From contig CALCTW010000011.1 in assembly GCA_937907055.1 (NCBI GenBank), positions 1 through 22,937 of the forward strand: a stretch of 22,937 nt of DNA. Direction: 5' to 3'. A model generated the notes under the pieces. The model saw nothing but the letters and a program-made list of their open reading frames with translations, searched no databases and had not been told where the DNA came from. The DNA is from an uncultured Clostridia bacterium (GTDB lineage Bacteria > Bacillota > Clostridia > Christensenellales > Aristaeellaceae). Below, piece by piece: positions 7,533-14,786 of the stretch. The number at the start of each line of letters is the position of its first letter. The stretch's first letter is position 1. A program made the translations under genes and the position numbers.

Positions 7533-9110
7533 TCATTCGACACGGATCTTGTCCCGCCCGAACATCTGGGCAAGCTGTTCGATGTCGTTTTCAGCGATCT
7601 TGGAACGCTCCGGCGCTTTTACATCGCCCTTGAGCTGAGCCTCGAAACGGTAGCCCGCGCCGCCGGATCTGGCGATCGCGTCTTCAACAGAAGGTTTGAA
7701 CTTCTGCGCGGCCATTTCACAGGCGTGTCTGTTTTCATAGATGATCCTGAAAACGCCGTCCTTAAAACCGCCGTAGGTGCCGCCGGAGACGAAACCGAAC
7801 GCGAAGGGGGCGGAACGCTTGAGTTCTTTTAATGCGTCATTCCAGATATCCTTGGGCAGCTTGCTTCCGTCCGGAACCGGATCCTCAATGATGGGGGCTT
7901 CTGCCTCTTCAGGAATATCCGAAGCGGCAGCGGCTTTATTCGCGGCGGCAGGCGCGGCCTGCACGCGTACACCGTTGCGCTTCATTTCGTCAATGACGCG
8001 TTCCATTTCGCCGATCCGTTCCATCAGGGCTGTTGTGTCCGTTCCCTCCGGGCTCTGACAGCAGCGGAGCGTGGCGATCTCCAGAATGCTGCGGGCAGAA
8101 GTGGACCAGCGGGTGTCTCCCTGCGCCTGCTGATAGATGCCGAGAATGCGCAGAAGACGTTCAGCTGAGAAACGCTGCCCCTGTTCCACATAGGCCTGAC
8201 CGCCGGGAACGGTGTCCGGCCCGCAGAGCTTGACCGCCATGACATCCCGCAGATGCCGGGAAAGATCCTTCAGAAAGACACCGACATCCCGGCCGGAGCG
8301 CATCAGTTCATCGCACTTTTTCAAGGCTTCCGCGCTGTTTTGCGCGGCGATGGCATCGCAGAAGGAGAACAGGAACTGTTTATCCGCGCTGCCGAGAACG
8401 CTGCGCACGGTGGCCTCTGTGATGAGGCTGTCATCGCCGAGACACATATCCAGAATGCTCAGCGCGTCACGCATGCCGCCCTCCGCTGCCTGCGCGATCA
8501 GCCGCAGCGCTTCTTCATCGGCCTTGTGACCGGTCTCCTCCAGAATGTAGCGCATCCGGCCCGTAAGCTCCTCATCGGTGAAACGGCCGAAATCGTACCG
8601 CTGGCAGCGGGAAAGGATGGTGGAGGGGATCTTCTGCGGCTCGGTCGTCGCGAGAATGAATACCATATAGGACGGCGGTTCTTCCAGTGTTTTCAGCAGC
8701 GCGTTGAAGGCGCTGGTGGAAAGCATGTGGACTTCGTCGATGATATAGACTTTGTATTTGCTGAACTGAGGAGGATAATCCACCTTTTCCAGAAGCTCGC
8801 GGATCTCTTCCACACGGCTGTTGCTGGCGGCGTCCATCTCGTAGACATCGAGGGAGGTGTCGGCCAGTATGCTTTTGCAGCTGCTGCATTCACCGCAGGG
8901 ATCTCCGTCATGCGGGTTTTCACAGTTGACCGCGCGGGAAAGAATCTTCGCGGCGCTTGTCTTGCCCGTGCCGCGGCTGCCGCAGAACAGATAGGCATGG
9001 CCGATACGGCCTGTCTTTACCTGATTTTTCAGGGTGCGGACGATGCCCTCCTGACCCACCATATCACTGAATGTGCGAGGGCGCCAAACCCTGTACAGTG
9101 CCTGATACAT
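7533..9110 (-). CDS. dnaX: DNA polymerase III subunit gamma/tau
   Basis: MYQALYRVWRPRTFSDMVGQE..., Walker A GSRGTGKTS, a Zn module CGECSSCKSI, IIDEVHMLS, and the sensor SRCQRYDF. A GGAGG SD lies upstream. Confidence 0.95.
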   Translation of the reverse strand: MYQALYRVWRPRTFSDMVGQEGIVRTLKNQVKTGRIGHAYLFCGSRGTGKTSAAKILSRAVNCENPHDGDPCGECSSCKSILADTSLDVYEMDAASNSRVEEIRELLEKVDYPPQFSKYKVYIIDEVHMLSTSAFNALLKTLEEPPSYMVFILATTEPQKIPSTILSRCQRYDFGRFTDEELTGRMRYILEETGHKADEEALRLIAQAAEGGMRDALSILDMCLGDDSLITEATVRSVLGSADKQFLFSFCDAIAAQNSAEALKKCDELMRSGRDVGVFLKDLSRHLRDVMAVKLCGPDTVPGGQAYVEQGQRFSAERLLRILGIYQQAQGDTRWSTSARSILEIATLRCCQSPEGTDTTALMERIGEMERVIDEMKRNGVRVQAAPAAANKAAAASDIPEEAEAPIIEDPVPDGSKLPKDIWNDALKELKRSAPFAFGFVSGGTYGGFKDGVFRIIYENRHACEMAAQKFKPSVEDAIARSGGAGYRFEAQLKGDVKAPERSKIAENDIEQLAQMFGRDKIRVE

Positions 9111-9192
9111 ACTTTCCTCCGATAACGACCTTCGCGGAACAGCCGGAAAACGGTGAAAAGATGTTCACTTGCCGGCAGATATTCCTATTCTT

Positions 9193-9221
9193 ATTATCTA
9201 ACAAAATCGCCTTTTTATCAA
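9193..9221 (-). promoter_or_regulatory. Putative sigma-A promoter of dnaX
   Basis: The minus strand reads TTGATA (9221-9216), a 17-nt spacer, then GATAAT (9198-9193). The predicted ~75-nt leader contains a two-tier hairpin: GCCGG 9142-9146 / CCGGC 9172-9176 and GTGAA 9153-9157 / TTCAC 9164-9168. Confidence 0.5.
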
Positions 9222-9278
9222 GTAAAAATCCACGGGAGACGAAATCCCGAGGAAGCGGGAGGAGATGATATTTTGCTA

Positions 9279-9308
9279 TTGCCCAAAGAGCGCATAATAT
9301 TGTATAAT
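9279..9308 (+). promoter_or_regulatory. Putative sigma-A promoter of gpmI (extended -10)
   Basis: TTGCCC (9279-9284), an 18-nt spacer, and TGTATAAT with TATAAT at 9303-9308. AAAGGAG lies 8 nt before the ATG at 9365. Confidence 0.5.
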
Positions 9309-9364
9309 AAAATGTGGTGCGGCAATGAACGCACGCCAATGCAGGAATAAAGGAGTATAAAACA

Positions 9365-10912
9365 ATGTCCAAGAAAATGACTGCTCTTATTATCATGGAC
9401 GGCTTTGGTATCAATCCCGTGAAGGACGGCAACGCGATCACGCTGGCCGGCACCCCTGAACTGGATCAGCTGATGGCCGAATTTCCGCATACACAGCTGG
9501 GCGCCAGCGGCATGAGCGTTGGTCTGCCCGACGGTCAGATGGGCAACAGCGAAGTCGGTCACCTGAATATGGGCGCCGGCCGTATCGTTTACCAGGAACT
9601 GACCCGTATCACCAAGGATATTCAGGACGGCACTTTCTTTGAGAAGGAGCCCCTCGTATGGGCGATGGATACCGCCAAGAACAACGGCAAGAAGCTGCAC
9701 CTGATGGGTCTGCTCTCCGACGGCGGTGTTCACAGCCATATCACGCACCTGTACGCTCTGCTGGAAATGGCCAAGAAGCGCGGCCTGACTGAGGTGTATG
9801 TGCACTGCCTGCTGGACGGCCGTGATGTGCCCCCCTCCAGTGCCGCGGATTACATGCAGCAACTGCAGGATAAGATGGCGGAGATCGGTGTCGGCCGTGT
9901 GGCCAGCATCCAGGGCCGTTTCTGGGGCATGGACCGCGATAACATCTGGGACCGCGTAGAAAAGGGCTACAACGCCATCGTGATGGGCGAAGGTATCGAG
10001 GAGACCGATCCTGTGCAGGCTGTGAAGAACAGCTATGCCAACGGCAAGACCGATGAATTCATGATCCCCACCGTGATCTGCGAAAACGGCAAGGCCATCG
10101 GCGAAGTGGATGCCGGTGACAGCGTTGTCTTCTTTAACTTCCGTCCCGATCGTGCCCGTCAGCTGACCCGCACCTTTATCAAGGCGGATTTTGACGGCTT
10201 CACCCGCAAGAAGGGTCTTGTGCCCGTCCAGTTTGTGAGCATGACCCAGTATGATGCCACCTATACCGAGCTGAAGGTGGTCAATCCTCCTTCCTCTATG
10301 GCCAATACGCTGGGCGAATATCTGGCGAAGCAGGGTCTGACGCAGGCGCATATCGCGGAAACCCAGAAGTACGCGCACGTGACCTTCTTCTTCAACGGCG
10401 GCGTGGAAGCGCCCAATGAGGGCGAAGACCGTTTCCTGATCGACAGCCCCAAGATCGCCACCTTCGATCTGAAGCCTGAAATGAGCGCTCCCGAAGTGAC
10501 CGAGAAGGCGCTGGAGCTGATCGACAGCGGCAAGTATGATGTGATGATCCTGAACTACGCAAACTGCGACATGGTAGGCCATACCGGCATCATTCCCGCC
10601 GCGGTTGCTGCTGTGAAGGAGATCGACAAGGATGTAGCCATCCTCGTGCGTGAGATCATCAAGCAGGGCGGCCGTGCCTTCGTGACGGCTGACCACGGCA
10701 ATGCCGATCAGATGATCGATCCCGCGAACGGCGAACCCTTCACCGCGCATACCACGAATCCCGTTCCCTTCATTGCCTGCGATCCCGCGCTGAAGGGCTG
10801 CAAGCTGCGTGAAGGCGGTGTGCTGGCGGATATCGCGCCCACGATGCTGGACAGCATGGGCGTGGCGATCCCCGCTGAAATGACCGGTAAGAGCCTGATC
10901 GAAAAGGCATGA
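9365..10912 (+). CDS. gpmI: 2,3-bisphosphoglycerate-independent phosphoglycerate mutase
   Basis: MSKKMTALIIMDGFGIN..., the catalytic-Ser region GNSEVGHLNMGAGR, LLSDGGVHSH, and TADHGNAD. The 515-aa length fits iPGM. Confidence 0.95.
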   Translation: MSKKMTALIIMDGFGINPVKDGNAITLAGTPELDQLMAEFPHTQLGASGMSVGLPDGQMGNSEVGHLNMGAGRIVYQELTRITKDIQDGTFFEKEPLVWAMDTAKNNGKKLHLMGLLSDGGVHSHITHLYALLEMAKKRGLTEVYVHCLLDGRDVPPSSAADYMQQLQDKMAEIGVGRVASIQGRFWGMDRDNIWDRVEKGYNAIVMGEGIEETDPVQAVKNSYANGKTDEFMIPTVICENGKAIGEVDAGDSVVFFNFRPDRARQLTRTFIKADFDGFTRKKGLVPVQFVSMTQYDATYTELKVVNPPSSMANTLGEYLAKQGLTQAHIAETQKYAHVTFFFNGGVEAPNEGEDRFLIDSPKIATFDLKPEMSAPEVTEKALELIDSGKYDVMILNYANCDMVGHTGIIPAAVAAVKEIDKDVAILVREIIKQGGRAFVTADHGNADQMIDPANGEPFTAHTTNPVPFIACDPALKGCKLREGGVLADIAPTMLDSMGVAIPAEMTGKSLIEKA

Positions 10913-11565
10913 CCGGATACTATTGTGAAAAATGCAAAAGGCTTTCCCCCGAGCGGCAATGCACCGCCTGCGGGAAAAGCCTTGCAGGCAACACCTACCG
11001 TAATATCTGGACCGTTGTGAGAGTGCCGGCCAGCGATGTGCTGATCTGGCGAAAGGTGCTGCTGTATCTGCTGGTGCTGGATGTGCTGGTGTTTCTGGCG
11101 GTGCTGATCGGCAGCCTGTTTACGGGCAAGGTGGAACAGGCTTTGTCCAGCAACGCCATTGCCGTGATCCTGAGTGTTTATCCCGCCGGGCTGCTGATCA
11201 CACTGATCGGCCTGATCCTGCAGGGGAGAGAGGATATATGGTACACCCTTGAAAATGACAACGTGCGTATGCAGGTGTGGTACCGTTCTTCTCACATCCA
11301 CAGCTGGTCCCGTCTGCAATCGTACAGCGCGCGTTCCAATTGTCCTCAGCCGGATGGGATCGTGCTGACGCCGCAGAAGGAGAGGATCCTTCCATGGTCG
11401 GAGCTGACCGGTTTTAAGGTACAGGCCCGCCTTGGCCGGATCTGGCTGTATCATCACGGCGCGTTCGCGCCGATGATCCTGCGGATCCCGGCAGAGGAGT
11501 TTGACCGCGCGGAGGCCCTTGTGCGGAAAGCCTGTAAAAGCAGAAAGGTGAAAGAGCGCAAATGA
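10909..11565 (+). CDS. Uncharacterised membrane protein: N-terminal CxxC-x8-CxxC zinc ribbon, 2 TM helices, C-terminal soluble (possibly bacterial-PH-like) domain
   Basis: [19 protein letters not shown] forms the zinc ribbon. The hydrophobic segments are [22 protein letters not shown] and [22 protein letters not shown]. Its ATG overlaps the gpmI stop (ATGA at 10909-10912) and its stop overlaps the dut ATG (ATGA at 11562-11565). Codon usage looks like that of its neighbours. Confidence 0.7.
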   Translation: MTGYYCEKCKRLSPERQCTACGKSLAGNTYRNIWTVVRVPASDVLIWRKVLLYLLVLDVLVFLAVLIGSLFTGKVEQALSSNAIAVILSVYPAGLLITLIGLILQGREDIWYTLENDNVRMQVWYRSSHIHSWSRLQSYSARSNCPQPDGIVLTPQKERILPWSELTGFKVQARLGRIWLYHHGAFAPMILRIPAEEFDRAEALVRKACKSRKVKERK

Positions 11566-11987
11566 AACTGCTGATCCGTTATCACGCGCCTGTTACGCCC
11601 ATTGAAAAGCTGCCGCAGGGAGACTGGATCGATCTGCGCGCGGCGGAACGGGTGGAATTGAAAGCGGGAGAGCACAGGCTGATCAGCCTGGGTGTCTCCA
11701 TGCAGCTGCCGGAAGGTTATGAAGCGCATTTGCTGCCCCGTTCCTCCACATTCAAGAACCACGGGGTCCTGTTGGCAAACGGCTGCGGGATCATTGATGA
11801 AAGTTATTGCGGAGACAACGATATCTGGCGCTTTAACGCGTATGCCACACGGGATACCGTGATCGAGTTTGACGAGCGTATCTGCCAGTTCCGTCTGTTT
11901 GAAAAAATGCCCGAGGTGGAGATCGAAACAGTCGATCATCTGTCCGGGCCGGATCGCGGAGGCTTTGGCAGCACCGGGATCAAATGA
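11562..11987 (+). CDS. dut: dUTP diphosphatase (trimeric dUTPase)
   Basis: The conserved dUTPase motifs are present: [20 protein letters not shown], and the C-terminal GGFGSTG. Length is 141 aa. Confidence 0.92.
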   Translation: MKLLIRYHAPVTPIEKLPQGDWIDLRAAERVELKAGEHRLISLGVSMQLPEGYEAHLLPRSSTFKNHGVLLANGCGIIDESYCGDNDIWRFNAYATRDTVIEFDERICQFRLFEKMPEVEIETVDHLSGPDRGGFGSTGIK

Positions 11988-12010
11988 CCTTTGATCACAT
12001 CTGAATAAAC

Positions 12011-12041
12011 AAACGGCGTACCCTTCACGGGTACGCCGTTT
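12011..12041. terminator. Bidirectional intrinsic terminator between convergent genes
   Basis: Perfect 13-bp stem AAACGGCGTACCC (12011-12023) / GGGTACGCCGTTT (12029-12041) with a 5-nt loop. The A/T-rich stem base and flanks supply U-tracts on both strands. Confidence 0.88.
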
Positions 12042-12057
12042 ATCATGTGTTTTCAGA

Positions 12058-12972
12058 TCACTTGTTATCGTAATTGTCGATCTCTTTTTGCAGTTCATCA
12101 AGACGCGCTTCCTGCTCTGCCACATAGGCTTCCAGATCTTCTGCCCAGTGCGACCGGATGTCAGCATGCTGCGCGACAGCATCGGACACGGAATTGAGGG
12201 TCATAAATGTGATCTCATCACCGGCGGCGAGAAGCTGCTGCATATTCCCGTCGATCGCGTTCCGATCGATCGGCTGACCGTTGAAATAAAAGAGGAAGGT
12301 GACCGGCAGGTGAGCGTTCAGGATGGTCCCCAGTGAACCGTCCCTGAAGGAACTGGTGCTGCTGGCTACACAGTAGTTCCACAGGCGGCTGCCGCTCTCG
12401 GTGGCTTCGTAGGCGGCCTGATTCAGATTGCGCATGATGCCGGGAAAGCCCATCTGAAGCAACTCGTCACGGATCTCCGGATTCTTGGAATCGGTAAGGC
12501 CGATACCGATGCAGGTACAGCGGCTGCCCAGTATTTCCTTCGCGCGCAGCAACATATCATTTGTTTCAGGCGTGCGGGCGAAGCAGAAGAGCGCGACCTC
12601 GCACGTTTCTGTCTGCAGAGCATCCATCAGGGCGGAGAACTGCTCCTCGTTCAGGCTTTCGATCATGATCGCGGCGGCAGTTTCCACCCGGTACGCGCCG
12701 GAGATCTCCTTCAGCACCTCGATGTCTTCGGGCTGATAAACGAACAGCGCGACAGCGGCTGCCGTGGCGGCCGGCACATAAGTTGATTGGACCTTGCGCT
12801 GCGCGATATCCTGACGGATATCGAACATTTGCAGCTCGATCTGGTGGATGGCCTGCTGCTTCTGATAATCGCTGATACGCTTCTGCGTATCACGGTCATC
12901 GACGGACTTTTTCAGCAGGTAACTGCCGACCGCGAGCACGACGATCACGATCCATATGATGTATTTCTTCAT
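12058..12972 (-). CDS. Membrane-anchored hypothetical protein (N-terminal TM, coiled coils flanking an unassigned ~200-aa alpha/beta-looking domain)
   Basis: MKKYIIWIVIVVLAVGSYLL is the TM anchor. It is followed by a heptad-like segment (DTQKRISDYQKQQAIHQIELQMFDIRQDIAQRK). The C-terminal segment AEDLEAYVAEQEARLDELQKEIDNYDNK is similar. An AAGGA SD lies 7 nt upstream. I recognise no catalytic motif. Confidence 0.72.
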   Translation of the reverse strand: MKKYIIWIVIVVLAVGSYLLKKSVDDRDTQKRISDYQKQQAIHQIELQMFDIRQDIAQRKVQSTYVPAATAAAVALFVYQPEDIEVLKEISGAYRVETAAAIMIESLNEEQFSALMDALQTETCEVALFCFARTPETNDMLLRAKEILGSRCTCIGIGLTDSKNPEIRDELLQMGFPGIMRNLNQAAYEATESGSRLWNYCVASSTSSFRDGSLGTILNAHLPVTFLFYFNGQPIDRNAIDGNMQQLLAAGDEITFMTLNSVSDAVAQHADIRSHWAEDLEAYVAEQEARLDELQKEIDNYDNK

Positions 12973-13162
12973 GAATTCATCCTTAATATAAATTTATGTG
13001 GGGAAAAGAGGCAGGGTAATCACCGACGACATGCTGAAACAGCCGTTTCAGCGTGCCGGACGGCAACGCACATATCATAGCACAGATATCAGAAAAAGAC
13101 CATAAAGAGACCTGTATTTACCAGTCTATTCTTTGTATTTTCGCCCGGACAGAATAAGAATA

Positions 13163-13189
13163 CCGCGCCGCCTTGTTCAGACGGCGCGG
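13163..13189 (-). terminator. Intrinsic terminator of the flotillin gene
   Basis: 8-bp GC stem CCGCGCCG (13163-13170) / CGGCGCGG (13182-13189). On the minus strand it is followed by TATTCTTATTCT. Confidence 0.65.
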
Positions 13190-13198
13190 CTCTTTGGA

Positions 13199-14608
13199 TC
13201 AGTTGTTTTCAACTGTGTTGTTTTCGGCCTTGGGCAATCTGCCGCGATTGGCGAAGGTGGTCAGCAGATCATTCAGATCGATGCCGGTGGCTTCCTTCAG
13301 GCCTTCGACGATCTGGTTGGAGGAGCTCATCACATCCCTGACCATGCGGCTGGCGTTGCCGTCACCGTACATGACGATCTTGTCGGTCTGCGCCAGAGGC
13401 AGGGCGGCGTTCTTGACCATTTCGGGCAGAGCGGCCAGATACATTTCGAGGATGGAGGCTTCGCCCATCTTTTTCTGGGCTTCTGCTTTCTTTTCGATGG
13501 CTTCAGCCTCGGCAATACCCTTCGCGCGGATACCTTCCGCTTCCTGTTCCATCGCGAAACGGTGAGCTTCGGCTTCGGCACGCTGGGCCTCGGCACGCTG
13601 CAGGGCTTCGTATTTCTGCGCGTCGGCTTCACGCTGACGGCGGGCCAGTTCGGCTTCCGCTTCGCGCTCCGCCTGATACTTCTTGGCGTCGGCAGCCTTC
13701 TTTACCTCGGCGTCCAGCCTGCGCTCACGGATGGCGATCTCCTTTTCGGCAAGATCAGCTTCACGTTCGCGGCGGGCGATATCGGCATTGACACGGCTGA
13801 CCTCGATGGTCTTGCGCTGGGTCTCCTGCTGGATGGAATAGGCGGCGTCGGCTTCGGCGCGTTTGGTATCGCTCCTGACCTGCATCTCAGCCTGCTGTAC
13901 AGCCAGCGCGGCATTCTGTTCGGCGATCAGCTTATCGGCTTCCACACGGACGGCATTGGCTTCCTGAGAGGCGTTCGCGCTGGCGATGGCAATATCCCTC
14001 TGGGCGTTGGCTTTGGCGATCTGCGCGTTCTTGCGGATCTGTTCGACATTGTCGATACCCATGTTTTCGATGGTGCCGGCATTATCACGGAAATTCTGGA
14101 TGTTGAAGTTGACGACCTCGATGCCCAGCTTCTGCATATCGGGCACGACGTTTTCAGTGATCTTCTTGGCAACGCCCTGACGATCCTGCACCATTTCCTT
14201 TAAGCCGACAGAACCCACGATCTCACGCATATTACCTTCAAGGACCTGCGTGACCATCGCGATCAGTTCGGCTTGCTTCATGCCGAGCAGGGTCTCGGCG
14301 GCGCGGGCCAGCAGGCCGGGGTCACTGGAGATCTTGACATTGGCGACACCGTCTACCATCACGTTGATGAATTCGTTGGTCGGTACGGCTTCGCTGGTCT
14401 TTACGTCTACCGTCATGACCTGCAAAGAAAGGACGTCCACTCTCTCAAGGAAAGGAATTCGCCATCCGGCTTTACCGATCAGGATCCTCTTCTTTCTCAG
14501 ACCCGAGATGATATATGCTTTATCCGGGGGCGCTTTCAGGTATCCGGTAAGGATCAGCAGCAGTGCAAGCAACAGAAAGACGACGGGAAGAATGAAATAC
14601 AGTTCCAT
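13199..14608 (-). CDS. floT: Flotillin / SPFH (band-7) domain protein, FloT/YuaG/YqiK-like
   Basis: N-terminal membrane hairpin MELYFILPVVFLLLALLLILTGYL, an SPFH core (ISGLRKKRILIGKAGWRIPFLERV...VDVKT...), and a long Glu/Ala-rich coiled coil (AEREAEAELARRQREADAQKYEALQRAEAQRAEAEA...). An AGGAGG SD lies upstream. Confidence 0.9.
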   Translation of the reverse strand: MELYFILPVVFLLLALLLILTGYLKAPPDKAYIISGLRKKRILIGKAGWRIPFLERVDVLSLQVMTVDVKTSEAVPTNEFINVMVDGVANVKISSDPGLLARAAETLLGMKQAELIAMVTQVLEGNMREIVGSVGLKEMVQDRQGVAKKITENVVPDMQKLGIEVVNFNIQNFRDNAGTIENMGIDNVEQIRKNAQIAKANAQRDIAIASANASQEANAVRVEADKLIAEQNAALAVQQAEMQVRSDTKRAEADAAYSIQQETQRKTIEVSRVNADIARREREADLAEKEIAIRERRLDAEVKKAADAKKYQAEREAEAELARRQREADAQKYEALQRAEAQRAEAEAHRFAMEQEAEGIRAKGIAEAEAIEKKAEAQKKMGEASILEMYLAALPEMVKNAALPLAQTDKIVMYGDGNASRMVRDVMSSSNQIVEGLKEATGIDLNDLLTTFANRGRLPKAENNTVENN

Positions 14609-14737
14609 GGTTTCCTCCTTATGGAAACACAGATTCGGTGATCTGCGTGGCCGGAACCGCCCGGCCCGGGCGTGTACCGCTCATCGGTACGTACAGATCG
14701 TATCGTTGAACAGTTTTTTCCACAAGAAGAGATGGTT

Positions 14738-14769
14738 CAAATGTCAGAAAGCGTGATCCAAATGTCAGA
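14738..14769. repeat. Two direct copies of CAAATGTCAGA spaced 21 bp, in the kinase-flotillin spacer
   Basis: The copies are at 14738-14748 and 14759-14769 and are identical over 11 nt. The start-to-start distance is 21 bp, about two helical turns. On the minus (gene) strand the motif reads TCTGACATTTG, which contains a CTGACA -35-like hexamer. Confidence 0.5.
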
Positions 14770-14786
14770 TGAAAATCCTGAAGGGA

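Noticed and set aside
8316-8322. GAAAAAG (minus strand, codons TTG AAA AAG) inside dnaX, considered as a possible programmed -1 frameshift site like the E. coli tau/gamma site.
   Set aside because: It is not a full X XXY YYZ heptamer (E. coli uses A AAA AAG). I saw no obvious downstream stimulatory stem-loop. It also lies much earlier in the protein than the domain III/IV boundary.
8253-9125. A 290-aa plus-strand ORF antisense to dnaX. Similar antisense ORFs lie at 159-1040, 14916-15617, 17569-18585, 18800-19531 and 20012-20812.
   Set aside because: Each one overlaps a confidently assigned gene on the other strand and has no motifs, SD or sensible boundaries.
9111-9364. Possible SRP (4.5S/scRNA) gene, because ffs/scr lies immediately upstream of dnaX in Bacillus and many Firmicutes. 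I also noted a two-tier hairpin at 9142-9176 and an AGGAAGCGGG string at 9250-9259.
   Set aside because: I could not find the conserved domain-IV elements (GGAA tetraloop context, AGCA/GGAAG symmetric-loop pattern) in the right arrangement on the dnaX strand. The region is better explained by two divergent promoters plus short leaders. A cmsearch with the bacterial small SRP model would settle it.
9218-10750. A 510-aa minus-strand ORF antisense to gpmI.
   Set aside because: It is a shadow ORF opposite an unambiguous iPGM gene. It begins in the divergent promoter region.
13133-14203. A 356-aa plus-strand ORF antisense to the flotillin gene.
   Set aside because: It is a shadow of the Glu/Ala-rich coiled-coil coding region (GCx/GAx codons read backwards) and has repetitive G/F/L composition.
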